NCBI GenBank assembly: GCA_030141605.1
Contig: JAQGDQ010000092.1
Coordinates: 1 to 64,000, forward strand
Direction of reading: 5' to 3'
Origin: Tubiluchus corallicola
Taxonomy: Eukaryota > Animalia > Priapulida
Length of the DNA stretch: 64,000 nucleotides
Below, piece by piece: positions 1 through 11,854 of this stretch. The notes beneath the pieces are model-generated. The model was given only the letters and a program-made list of their open reading frames with translations, searched no databases and had not been told where the DNA came from. Both the position numbers and the translations under genes were made by a program. The number at the start of each line of letters is the position of its first letter. Position 1 is the stretch's first letter.

Positions 1-107
1 CTGTTGATCAACAAACGGCAAACAATAACAAATAACAAATGTGCCCACTGCTCCCTATATTAGTCGTATACAGTACTGTTTTATACAACAGTCAGCAGTA
101 GATGTAC

Positions 108-275
108 CTGAAACAGTGTTGGCAGTGTCAGTAGTTTTCATCCACCAACAGACCGTGTAGGCGTTATAACTTCTTTTCACCACATCGTCAGTAGAAAGTT
201 CAGCATAATCGCCTTCTGCTCCGCGGTAAAACAAGTCATAATTGTCCAGATTTAATCTAGCGCACGGTATCGTAC
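108..275 (-). CDS. Pentraxin/LamG-like protein, coding exon 3; gene continues beyond the window start
   Basis: Acceptor ctttttag, 168 bp open, phase 1-1, donor G|gtacat. Encodes DYAEL...AYTVCWWMKT, resembling the pentraxin-domain (F/Y)TVCxWxK strand. Confidence 0.6.
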
Positions 276-695
276 CTAAAAAGTGAAAGCAAATTGTAAG
301 TGCTTGTCGTACAATGTACCACATAAGCCATTCTTTGGCCTGTCTGCAACTATAGGCGCCAGTGTATCGCCGCATGATCGCCCGCATAGTCTGGAAACTC
401 AAAAAGCGCAGCTAAAAATCCTTTTGCTAGTACGTACGTTGTATACATGTTCATTTGTCTCATGTTTATTTATTTGTTTACTCAACCAGAAAAATACTGT
501 AAACGTCAAATTAATAAAAATTTCACGTAATTGTGCACACGTAAGCTATGGTCCAATATGCCCAAATGTGGCAGTGCAGTTCTTATATTAGTAGAAGCAG
601 AGCAATTAATACATTAATATCAAGAAAAATCTGGTTAAGCTAGTAATAATGACTATAACATAAAAGAAGATCACGAGCAAATTATTGCTATGTAC

Positions 696-779
696 CTGAC
701 TTGAAGAAATCGGTAAAATACATAGTTTGTCCGTTGACGTGATTGTAATTTGTAAGGCTTGTTCCCTTGTTAGTCAAAT
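696..779 (-). CDS. Pentraxin/LamG-like protein, coding exon 2 (DLTNKGTSL...FTDFFKS)
   Basis: Acceptor tttgatttttcag, 84 bp open, donor G|gtacat; phase 1-1, compatible with both flanking exons. Confidence 0.55.
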
Positions 780-1217
780 CTGAAAAATCAAACGTTGACA
801 CAGCTGTTTCACGAACAGTTACTGACAACTGTTTTTTAATGTACTGTGTTTGCGGTTCTGGGTGCCATACGATGCACGGATTCGTATTTTCAATTACATT
901 GTACGTGTATTTCAATCAATTGCTCAAAACAAAAATTTTCAAAATATCCAGCTGATAAATGCCTATTCCTTCATTCACTTAAGTAATTATTACCTCATAG
1001 GTTATTGGTTTACTGTCTTGAAAATATACCTTAGTAACAAACTAACACTTCCGTTGTGTAGGCTCTTAGAGCATTAAGAATTCCTACAATCTAAAGATTC
1101 CAAACAGCTCGTAAAAGAGAAACGTGTAAATTCGATTATACCAAATTCGCTTATAAACACACATTATTTTTGGCCAATCAATAAGTTTTACTACTTTAAT
1201 GATAAATAAGTACTCAC

Positions 1218-1275
1218 CTGCATGCAAGGTAACTAACAAACAAGTAAAATGAAAGCAACCATAAATTGTTATCAT
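1218..1275 (-). CDS. Secreted pentraxin/LamG-like protein, coding exon 1 (signal peptide MITIYGCFHFTCLLVTLHA)
   Basis: ATG at 1275, 19 mostly hydrophobic codons plus 1 nt, then a strong phase-1 donor CAG|GTGAGT. Confidence 0.6.
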
Positions 1276-1334
1276 AATAAAATACAAGTTTGTACTATTG
1301 TTTTCTTGAAAATTGATACTTCTTTGGCTCAAGT

Positions 1335-1430
1335 TTATAATTCCCACAGACAAGAAATTAGTTCGTGAAGCGGATTAGGGTTAGGGTTAGGGTTAGGGTT
1401 AAGGTATTTAAATTTTGTGGGGAATTGTAA
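1335..1430. repeat. Small inverted-repeat element containing (TTAGGG)4
   Basis: TTAGGG array at ~1375-1400, flanked by imperfect inverted repeats ttataattcccaca / tgtggggaattgtaa. Confidence 0.6.
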
Positions 1431-3219
1431 ATTCCTTTCCCATTTTACGTTGCAGATTGCATTAAAACATCAAACCGAACTTCAATATTATACTAAAAAA
1501 ATTTCTTACTCACGTTGTTATATTAGGCAGTCCAGCAAGGCGCGAAAGCGCAGTCTGAATAAAACTAGGTTAATTAAGTAACACTCATCTTGGGAATAGA
1601 ATCAGACGATACATTAATATAATGTCTTATAACCATTAATGGTTAATTGCCAACCAAAGTATAAAATTGTTGTGATTACTGTAGTGTGACCCACACTTGT
1701 GCTAGTCTGGCCATAATTAGCAATTATGTCAGGTAGCAACACATCAAATGGCACATCATGAATTATCCCTATCTTGGATGTAAATCGACAGCATCGTTGG
1801 TCCGCGTGTACAACATTAAAAAGCGGCTCTGTCGAAGGCAGAGTAAAAGGACATTTATTAGGAAAGTGTAGTTCAAAAACAGATAGATGAGGTAAACCCT
1901 TCGAGAAACTTAAATAGCACTACAGGTACAACAACGTGTTCAACACAGTTTAAATTACCCTCGTACCTGGAAAGTAAGAACCTCTTGAGCGCCCTCTGCT
2001 GATTTCATTTTCCAAGTAGTCCCTCGCTTTCACATGTCCAGAAACTATTATCTAGGATAACAACAAACGTATTCTTGTAGCTATTGCGTATTGATTATTA
2101 ATGTTGTACAAACAAATTTGCATAATTATGTCACTTTTTGCTCAAGTGTGGACATGCAACGCATGGGACCTAGAGGTTTAAAAATAGTTGCAAGAAAGAC
2201 ATATTACAAGACCATCTGGGTTCAATTCTGTCAGCTGTCAAAACAGTAAAAAGGAATTATGTTTCATTATACTTGATAATAATAACGTATCTTGTTTAAC
2301 AAACAATGATAAACAAAGTTTATGAACAGATTAAGGGTTAAGAGCATTTATATTAAAGCCATGTTTATCATTGATAAAAAGCTAGAATATGCACTATGTA
2401 AACTAGGCAATGATTAAACGCATCCTTACTATAGCTGTTTTTATGAAAAAAACTTAAAAATGTCATTTTCTGCAACAACAGAAACATAGAATTTGTTCAT
2501 CTTTACCACCAAAATACATTATACATATAGTTTATTGAGCGCATATTTAAGACATAGAACATACATCATAAAAAACATTGATCCTAAACACAGGATGGAA
2601 CGGCTCAAACGTTGTAGAAACGATGACAACAGAAACACAATAATAACAAAAACACCTTAACAACAGAAAAACAACAAAAGTAAGAATACATGTTATAGGT
2701 AAGTTATGTAAACTGTGCTGCTCATGTAATTGTTAAACCTGCAGTATAACACCATGCTCTAACGCAGAAAAATCATATATTGTATGGTAAATATGGGATA
2801 ACTATGTAAATGAAAGGAAGACAGGATGATTTTTCATATACTATCCCATTTTCAAAGTCCGATAAAAAGTATACATTTTAACACAATTAATACTGCCAAC
2901 GCGAAACTGTGTTTGTGTGGTAATAATTCTTTCACGCAAGTCATTTTGGAAAAAATAGTATTTTCCGTTTAAGATTGTTTTGACCTACCGTTTAAGATTG
3001 AGTCCGGTTTTGCTTTAAAGTTATTTGCCGTCTTGTTTCTCCTCTCTTTTATTATTGAAGTCATATATAAAGTTTATTACTAGGGTTCTCATCTCCGCAT
3101 CGTTTAGGCGATTAATAAAGATAAACTGTTCACTTACAAGCATATCTTGCAAAAAATGAAATATTTTAAAATTATTTTCAAATACAACATTTCTCTAATT
3201 TTTGTAAGCAGGATATATC

Positions 3220-4343
3220 TGTCATGGTCGGTTATAACACCCATCATTATCGCAATACCTATTTTGATATCGTATGACATTTTGTGTACATAATTAATGA
3301 TCTAATTACCTTATTGATTTATTGCACTGTTTTTTAAACCTATATAACATTGCGTGTTTTTGTAAGATTTTGACACTAGATGGCGTAGGCCGCTCATTTC
3401 TCTGCTTCAAATTGTTTTAGGATCTTATTACAGAGTTCGATATATATGTTCTGACTGCCATTGTTACAGAGTGATGGACTTTTGCTGGTTAGTCTACACA
3501 CTGAGGTTATTTTATATGGTTTGGTGTGAACCAGTCTTTAATGGCACCCCTATGCAGTGAAATGATTTACGACAAAGGCAATGGTTTTGTCTGTTTTTGA
3601 TTGCTCGTTTGCGGTAATTTTACTGTCTCTACACTGGAAGAGACAAGTGCTTGGTAACTATAAATCTGCCGTAGAAGGTACGAATCGTCGATGAACTGTT
3701 AACATTTTGTCTGAAAGGCTACTGAAGTAGTAAAAGTATTCCCTGGCTAATTACTGTAGCAGACCACTTCATTGAAGTTTCATTTGGATAACGGAGCTTA
3801 ACTTCATGTGTATTTGTCACTCTGCAAGTGGACGAAGTATGGCTTCATTACGTTTGAGGCAATCAGTGACGAGTTCAACTACTGGATTACTGGAGCAATT
3901 TCGAGCTGTGGTTCTAGTACTTCTGGATTGGAAGGCTGGTTGATGAATATTGGCAAAAATCGCTGACAAGGGCGTTCCTGATTACTGAAGAGAAGCAGTT
4001 GACGTGGTATGGATGGTTGGAGAGAGTGTTTACTAGATCCAAAACCCTGATGAGAGATAGAATCGTAGCCAGCCAACGTTACTTTTGGGAAATAAGGTGT
4101 TGTTGGAAATTGCTATTACCTTTAATTTTGCTATTGTTGTTTTTCTAATTTGATTTGAAATATCTAAACATTAGTTATTAGTTCCGTTTTGGTTCTGATT
4201 AAATAATTTGTACATGTACATAAGTGTTCAACAGTGCACGGTTGTGTACATAAGGGTTCACCATCCACGTTGCCTACACAAGTAAATGATTATCCTGTAA
4301 ATATCGCGTATAAATGTGACGGTAACACTCGCGAACCCTGACT
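3220..4343. mobile_element. Possible solo LTR
   Basis: Begins TGTCATGGT and ends ACCCTGAC(T), an imperfect TG...CA-type inverted end; ATTAAA near the 3' end; no matching TSD found. Confidence 0.25.
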
Positions 4344-4938
4344 TAATTATTACACTGCGCCACAATGTCATACTAAAATATATTTTACCCTTCACTTCAT
4401 TTCACTCTCCATTTTATATATGCACTACATTTCTAGGCCAATTAGTATTTATCTATTCTACCAGTTAGCAATGTATCTTTAAACTGGCCAATGCTCTATT
4501 AAACACGTTAACGAAACATTTAGTCGGGAAATGAGTATAGTCAATGGCTAACTTCCTGCTTTTCACAATCTAGTTATTATAATTAAGCAATTGTTGATAC
4601 TGAGAAAATGCTGTAAACATTTTAGCGAAAGTTAATTGAACTCCCAGATGCGCGTTGTTGACCTAGTGACATGATTTTTATACGTCATCTAGAGCTATGA
4701 GCACTTTCTCCTGTTTACTTTTCCTTTCAGAGACCATGAACTATTAAGCTATGTTAAATCTGAAATATACTATATAGGCCATATATCGCATCACAAAGCT
4801 AACACCATACGTGACTTTAGTAAGCTTTACTATTAATTCATTATAACCGTTTATATGATACATGAATTTGAAATGTTGAAAAAAAGCTGTCTTTGAAACA
4901 AAATATTTCGAAGAAGCATCTCGACACTGACTCTGACT

Positions 4939-4939
<1 letters not shown>

Positions 4940-5009
<70 letters not shown>
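4940..5009. repeat. (CT)n microsatellite
   Basis: Perfect CT dinucleotide run of about 70 bp. Confidence 0.95.
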
Positions 5010-5011
<2 letters not shown>

Positions 5012-6379
5012 CAAAACTGCCTCAACAGCAGGAATTAACAAGTGGGTTGAGTGACCGGTGTACCATTCCTGCCTAGACCATCTCCGATTTCCTTATTAAA
5101 ATATGTAGGCAAATAAATTGTTCCCACTACTTTTACCTATTTCACTAATAATTAAAGTAACTACAATTCATCATTATTTTTCTTTTTTTTTTGCCCGGCC
5201 TTTTTTGCAAACTTACCTATCTGACTTTTGCCCGGAAAGTAGGTCCCTACTTTTGCTTTTCACAAAAAATGCGTGAATTTTGACATAATTAGGCTTAGGT
5301 ACTGTCACCACTTTCACTTTTACTTTTGCTGGGTTTCCGTTTACACATAAACAAATACTGCATATGCTTAACATATAATACTTAAATATCTAGAATATTT
5401 AACTGTGTTCATTAAATACAATCGAAAAATAAGAGGATAAAAATAAAATAACTAACTAATTATAACTAATTAAGAAAAACCGTCTGCTATTTTTCAAATA
5501 TCTTAATACACGGTGTGTAGACAATGAATACAAATATTCATTGTCCATAGTAGCATGAAGCTCTCTGTTAAATTATTTTTAGCCTACATGGATAGATAAA
5601 AAACCCAGATATCTGTTTTTTGTATGTTTTTAATAGGTCTGTAGCTCTTTGCATATTCAGTTTTGCAAAGAACTTATGAGAATTGTAGTTATAGCATATA
5701 AGTCTCTTAATTACTCTAATTATTTTGCTGATTGAAACAATTTTGCGTCTGATTACAAAACAATACTTCATACGACCAAAAACTACTAAGCTCACCAAGA
5801 AGATGAAACAGGTCCACAAAATCCAGCTTTGATTCATTTTTCTGAAAATTCGTTGCACAAAAACTCTATCACGTTGACAGTTATTTGTTGTATCACTTTT
5901 TATGCAGTCAACAATGTTTCAGTAATTTATTACTACCGTTACTCTCATTAACATTTATAAAGACGCCGTATCTAATTGTCTCTGCTTCACTGGCCACACC
6001 TATCACAGCGCATGGTTAAAAGTGATTGGGTAAGCGGTTCGCTCAAGCGTGTGTCATGTTTAGTAATTAGTTGATGATAAAAAAACGCGTAAAGGCTAAG
6101 AGTTGGTGTTGGTCCTAGACGTTGTATAACCTGATCTGGCTTGAAATGTACCAAGTTAGAAAGAAAGCTTACAGAAAAACTGTGGTTTCGGTAGCTAAGT
6201 TGCTCTTTTTTTCGGTATCTAATTTATGTCGAACAGTTATGATTGAATCTGAAGATCAATATTTTGACATTATGGTCATATTTGTCAATATTTACTTCGT
6301 AAATAATTTCGGACGTTGATTTTATTAGAATATTTTAAAGAACTGTTATACTTACTGTTATTTTTGGCAGAACTATAAA

Positions 6380-6660
6380 AACATTGTCATTATATACCAA
6401 CTCTTCTAAAGAAACATTCTCGTGCTTATATCCATTTGTTAGATTGGTAAATTTTACAAGTATTTCGAATTACAATACTCAAGTGTAAGTACTTAAACAA
6501 AAGAAGGCAATAAACTTAGGAACTACTGAAATTTTAAACTTGAGTTTAACTTAGAAAATTATTTGATAGCGCAGATAATTCCAAGAATAGCTTTTGCAAA
6601 ATTCCGAAACAGTTTGCGTACGTTGGCTATCGAAACAGGAAGGTATCATAAGCGTATACG
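6380..6660 (+). mobile_element. Non-LTR retrotransposon ORF2 3' fragment
   Basis: Translates to KLRNY*NFKLEFNLENYL...RIAFAKFRNSLRTLAIETGRYHK, matching the C-terminal AKFRxxxHxLxIETGR motif of LINE ORF2. Confidence 0.6.
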
Positions 6661-7027
6661 CTTCTTGTACGAGTGGCTACCTGACCACTCGGCTATCAAC
6701 TACTAATGCTACCCACCTAATAATGACCAATGGTGCGCGTACTTTTCACGTAGTATTACTTAACATACATACACTTAGCTGCTGAAATTTATAAAACCAT
6801 TTACATACCTATTGTATCTTGGAGCTTTCAATGTGTAGGCAGTTCAGGTTTGTGCTCTAGTTTCAGCAAGGACTGTGGTTCCTCCAATGACTAACCCTGA
6901 GTATGGTCATTGGCCATTTTTCGAGTATATTTGGTTTAAATGGTTTTGCTCATAATTTAACAGCTACGGCACGTTATAACTGCGGTGGTAGTTAGACTGC
7001 TCCGTTACCTGTTTAGCAGACTGTAAC

Positions 7028-7143
7028 GGAATCTAGGAAATAAAGTCACAGGTAAAAAAGGCACAGGAAAAAAGAACCCTAACCCAAACCCTAGCTAAAA
7101 TTAATTGTAACTTTTTTTCCTGTGACTTTGTTATCGGCCACCA
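7028..7143. mobile_element. Mini foldback/MITE with CCCTAA-like core
   Basis: Arms aaagtcacaggtaaaaaaggcacaggaaaaaag and ctttttttcctgtgacttt are inverted; the core is aaccctaacccaaaccctag. Confidence 0.55.
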
Positions 7144-7517
7144 CAATAAGCCTTCTTCCTGTCTACATAACATGTGGTCCAGGGTATAGGACGCAGCGCT
7201 GCAAGCGCCCGTCGTATGGGATATAAATTTCTGCATTTTAAAGCTTACGAGAGACTCTTCAATAAAAAACTAAAACTTGAAAATTTTAGTTTTCTGAATG
7301 CACAGATTTGATTCGAAATACTGTGAATATAATACTGAAGCCTACTGATTTTTCCTATAGTCGTATACATATTAACCGATGGTATTTTACAAATTTCCAT
7401 TTGCAAAGCTTTTGGTGTACGTAATCAGTGAATACATATCCGCTACGCTGATGTAATTCATTGCGTTGACCCATTTGGTGTCTATTTCTTTAAGCGTGAC
7501 ACTTTTTAATAACTTAA

Positions 7518-8525
7518 GGCACAAGAAAACCTTCCATTTATATAAAGCTTAAAAAATTCGCCTTGAAATTTAATACCATATAAGTAAAATTTTAATTACT
7601 GTATCTTGACAATAAGATAAAGAATGAATTTTTTGGGGTGGTGAGTGGCGCATCTTGGAGGTGAGTAAACGACATTTACCAATTGGGAAAACATTTTAAA
7701 TAATTAGCAATTTTCTTTTCTAGTTACATAAGTCTTTCACGCAGGTAAGCGAAATGCTAACTAATATAACTCTGTATTGAAAATTTTTCGGGACATAGTT
7801 TAACATTTCCTTTTCATCCCCTGATTCACGTTGTGCTTATATGACGTCATGTAATGGCTCGGTCGGAGCAGTGAAAACAAACAAAATCGTTTCAACGCGA
7901 GTACGATATACGCATAAAGTTGCTATAAAGCCCTAGTTCCTAATCTTTTGGACTCCACGTTCCCCTAATTTTTTTTACGCTAGCTCGTGGTACATCTTCG
8001 CCTGCCATTAACAAAATGAAGAACCAACACTGATGTAATGTTGTGAATGTTTTTATTATACATATTATACGTATTGCTCCAATCAAGCGCACTAAATGAG
8101 AGTTCAATGAGATGGCTGCTGTTGCATAGCAGAAACTAACTTTTTGAATCGCGGTTCAGTTTTCGACCGACTGACTCGCATGTCTCCGCGGATATCAAGG
8201 GTGTTTCGGGCTTTTGTCTTGATTGTCATCATCGTTGAAAATACTGCTTTACACAGGAAAAGGTTCACTAAAAGCGCTGCAATGGACAGGGGTCAAGACC
8301 TCAAACAAAAATCATGAACTATTGGCACAATCGACAAAGATGTCTGTTTATTATGTAACACTAGTTTTTTAAAATTGTCTAAGAGGCTTCTCGGGAACCC
8401 CTTGTGGTGTTCGCTGGTACTCCCAAGGGGTTCTAGTACCTCAGGTTGGGAACCGAGACTATAAAGTAATATAATTTTAAGGCGATTTTTCTGAAACCTA
8501 ATTCAGTTGCCCCTTTTCTTGTCCT
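7518..8525. mobile_element. Non-autonomous TTAA-flanked DNA transposon (Kolobok-like), copy 1, interrupted by a hAT MITE
   Basis: TTAA on both sides; TIR ggcacaagaaaa / aggacaagaaaa (reverse complement of the right end); the body aligns by eye to 26614-27261. Confidence 0.65.
7931..8458. mobile_element. hAT-type MITE nested in the Kolobok-like element
   Basis: 8-bp TSD CTATAAAG (7923-7930 and 8459-8466); degenerate TIRs ccctagttcctaatc / ggttgggaaccgaga; the segment is absent from copy 2. Confidence 0.7.
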
Positions 8526-9096
8526 TTAAAGGGTTCCCTTATTGAGAATCCGCACACTGAATATTTTATCTGTTCCTACTCTGAAATCAACCTAAAAAGT
8601 TTCTTGTAAATTAGAGGTTTCTTATAAATTAGACGATTAACGCTAATTAACTTCCAACGATCGAAAGTCGTCAGTAATACGCTGCATAATTAGGACGCAA
8701 GGATCCTAATACGCTGTTTCAAAACTGGGCTTAGCCCGATTTTCTCACATTTTTTTTTATTTTTCTCTCAGAAATCCCAAGTACACACTCAGTAACTCTG
8801 ATTTTATTCCATCATGATGTTTCTAGTAATCTTTATTTGAAAAATAAACATATTTAAAATTAGTGCCGAATTCATAACGTGTTTTCGAACATTCTAATAA
8901 AAATGGAATTTATGTACAATAAGGCCTACAAATGAGTGTTCTATACATTGTTTATGATTGCACTTCTTTGTGAAAGAATGTAAAACACGCTTAGCTGAAC
9001 AATGGCTTCGCTAAAAAGAACCATAGATGTTTAATTTCAGGTTTTAGTGGAAAATGTTGCACTCAAGGACTAAGACTCGAAGGATTTGATCTGGAA

Positions 9097-9288
9097 ATGG
9101 GAGCGGTGTGCTCTTGCGGCAAGAAGGAAGATGAGGATGAGGCACCGATAGAACCCGCGCGTCCTAGTTCGCCTCGGGCTGCGCCAAAAGGTGCTGGTGG
9201 GGAAGACCATCCCATAAGTCCTATTAAAGCTGCGTCGGTAAAAGGGTGTCAGCAACAATCTCCACCAAGACCGCCTGTTGTACGTCAG
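9097..9288 (+). CDS. Unassigned lipid-anchored protein, exon 1 (MGAVCSCGKK..., Pro-rich)
   Basis: Acceptor ttaatttcag at 9040, ATG in good context (gaaATGG), GC-rich 64 codons, phase-0 donor CAG|GTGAGT; myristoylation/palmitoylation-type N-terminus. Confidence 0.75.
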
Positions 9289-9411
9289 GTGAGTTGTGGC
9301 AGCTAGCTCTACTTTTTGGAGTTTGTCTACTAGTGGTATTTAATTCTCTCATCTAAATTATAATCTTAATATCAAGATTAAGTCTAAGGATCGTATTTGT
9401 TACTTAGTAGT

Positions 9412-9481
9412 TTTCTAGTCTAGAGTTTTGGTATCTGTTTTCTAAGCAACAGGACTCTGGTTCAAATTCAGGCAGCGTTCC
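9412..9481 (+). mobile_element. tRNA-derived SINE head or tRNA-like relic
   Basis: A-box-like tagtctagag and B-box GGTTCAAATTC at tRNA spacing; cloverleaf is degenerate. Confidence 0.35.
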
Positions 9482-11365
9482 AATTTTTCCAAAATTCCTG
9501 CTTTTCAAGTTTGCTTTAAAAATTCAATTTAAATTGTGAGTTTGTACCATCAGCGGCCTAGTAACAGGTTGTACAAATTATAACACCTATTTATTTTGTT
9601 GTTAATGCGGCACGTTTCGCTTATTTACTTACTGCTTACACTGTAAAAACATTATCAGAGATTCAGAGCTAAGAAAAAAGATGACGTTTATTTATCTACA
9701 GTCATTTAACAGACATCATTAGCACGAATGGTGATTTAGCGATTTACACATAAGCACCTAGAAGACAAATAATAGGCAGGCCCATATAGTCTGGCGTTCC
9801 CAGTTGCGATCGTTCGTAATCTAGGTATAGCTCGTTAGATCATTTGATCAGTCGTCCATCGAAAATGCCAAAAACGGAAACTTAATTGGTCATCTAAAAA
9901 GCATAGCCAGCTGGTTAATATGTTATGAACTATTATTGTTTATTTGCAAGAAAAAAAACTAAGAACAAGTAAAAAAAGCAACAATGTCAAAGCAAGATAC
10001 TTATAGTTTCGCTAGGCATCATGTTAAAAAACCGTGATATGCGATTTAAGGGAATGATTACAAATCGAGAAACTTATCTAGCCCCATATACTAATTAAAG
10101 TGATGATTATTTTGCAGCTCTAAATTTTTGGGTAGTTTTGTGTAGAGCAGTGTACCATATCTAGATCAGGCAGGTGTAGCCTAGATGGTGTGCACACACG
10201 AAGTTCGGGAATTATTTTCTTGCAAAAGAGGATAGAGCAGGCATTGCTTACTCGTCAACTACCAGTTAACTAAGGAAATAACTTTTGAATTTAGACAAGA
10301 CTGATTTTGGTGTAATTAGCTTACAGTCGTTAGATTTTATATTATTATATAAACACACTCAAATGTAACCAATCTCTTGTGCTTAATTTAAGGTTCCAAC
10401 GTTTATAAATAAAAATGAAGCTTACCTATTTTGTGTTAAGAAAAATGTCTAATATTCTACACAAATTGCAGTTGTTTTGTTATAGTATCCAAACCTGGAA
10501 CTCTGATGTAGGTTTGTATCTCAGTCATACCTTGCGCTGCTTACTTAAAGATTCTTACATTTTTGCTTGGTGTAAGAGTGCAAATATATAATGACCTTGT
10601 GTTGTGAGAATCAGGCTAGGCTACTTTTAGGGTATGGTTAACGGCTCTCCAGATGAATCTGTGGCAAAAATATCTGCTCAGCCATATTGAAGTATAAACT
10701 AGTATGAACCACTGATGCAATGCTTAAAGATCGCCAGTAATGTGAATGCAAGCCTAGCAGAGTGTTTTGCCACTAACCAGCCAGCTGTCACATAGATTAT
10801 TTAGCTAGGACGCGCGACAAATTGATAGAATGAGTTGATCTCATCAAAGGAGGTGACATTAAAGCAACGCGTTTTATAACCACTTGCCTGAAAAAAAACA
10901 GAAAATGTTAGAAAAAAGTTCACGAACGTTAAGTTTTCTAATATTACTGCAGCATTTGAAAAATGAACACGCATTTAAAACTTGTTATAAAGTATTGAAT
11001 TTATTGACCCATTTATTTATTTACCAAACAGGCCACTCACTTTTATCAACAAAAATCATTCTATAAAGTGCAACCATTTAATGAATATTATTCTCGTGTT
11101 TGGTATAGTACTGTAGAAATGTAGAAAAGTCCTATATTTTTGTTACTTAATTTTATTGCACATTGTATTATGTTATCATTTCGCTGTTTTCGATGGCACA
11201 TTTTAATAATATTCTTATTGGACTATATTTACTTTTCTGGTTACTCATTGATATAGTGTGTTAGTCTGGAATTATGTAAAACTATAGTAAAAGAAACTAA
11301 CTACAAATGTCATGCATTTGTTCAGTGTAAAACCTAATACAATTATTTCGTAAATGTAATTTCAG

Positions 11366-11854
11366 AGAACGGCGGAAGTTAATGTTATGCTCCTAACGGT
11401 GGCAGCACAAGTCAGTTTAATGCTGCACCAAACAGCAGACCAAGTTAGCTCAGTTATCTTCCTGACTACATCAAAGATTAAAGAGTGGGGTCCTTCAAGC
11501 AATGCACCGCAAATTAACAATTTGATTAAAGTTAATCTAGCTGAACTAAACGCCGGCTTACATCAAACTGCAGCGCAGTCTTTACAGCTATTGCACCACA
11601 CAGCAGCACAAACCGACATGGTGCATGGAGCAACAGATCTTTCCGCTCTTCTGTATGACACAGCTGCCCAAACGAGGGAACTAGTTTGTCAAGCTGCAGC
11701 AAAAGTCAGGCAAGCGCTTGAAGTTCTTCGAGTGGACAGTTTGGATGAGGTTGACCAAGTTTGTAGCGAATTACAACGCATGTCTGATAAAGTCAGCCAT
11801 GGTTTGCATGATGCCTCAATATATGTTCGAAAGAAACTACAACCAAAAGGCTAA
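11366..11854 (+). CDS. Unassigned lipid-anchored protein, exon 2 (11-residue LHxTAAQ repeats)
   Basis: Acceptor gtaatttcag at 11365, in frame with exon 1, open to TAA; joined protein about 226 aa; AATAAA at ~12178. Confidence 0.75.
   Translation, partial: RTAEVNVMLLTVAAQVSLMLHQTADQVSSVIFLTTSKIKEWGPSSNAPQINNLIKVNLAELNAGLHQTAAQSLQLLHHTAAQTDMVHGATDLSALLYDTAAQTRELVCQAAAKVRQALEVLRVDSLDEVDQVCSELQRMSDKVSHGLHDASIYVRKKLQPKG

Noticed and set aside
780-951. In-frame TGA upstream of pentraxin-like exon 2 as possible selenocysteine
   Set aside because: A good acceptor at 781-780 places this stretch in the intron.
1375-1400. True telomere or chromosome fusion point
   Set aside because: Only four units, no head-to-head array and no subtelomeric context.
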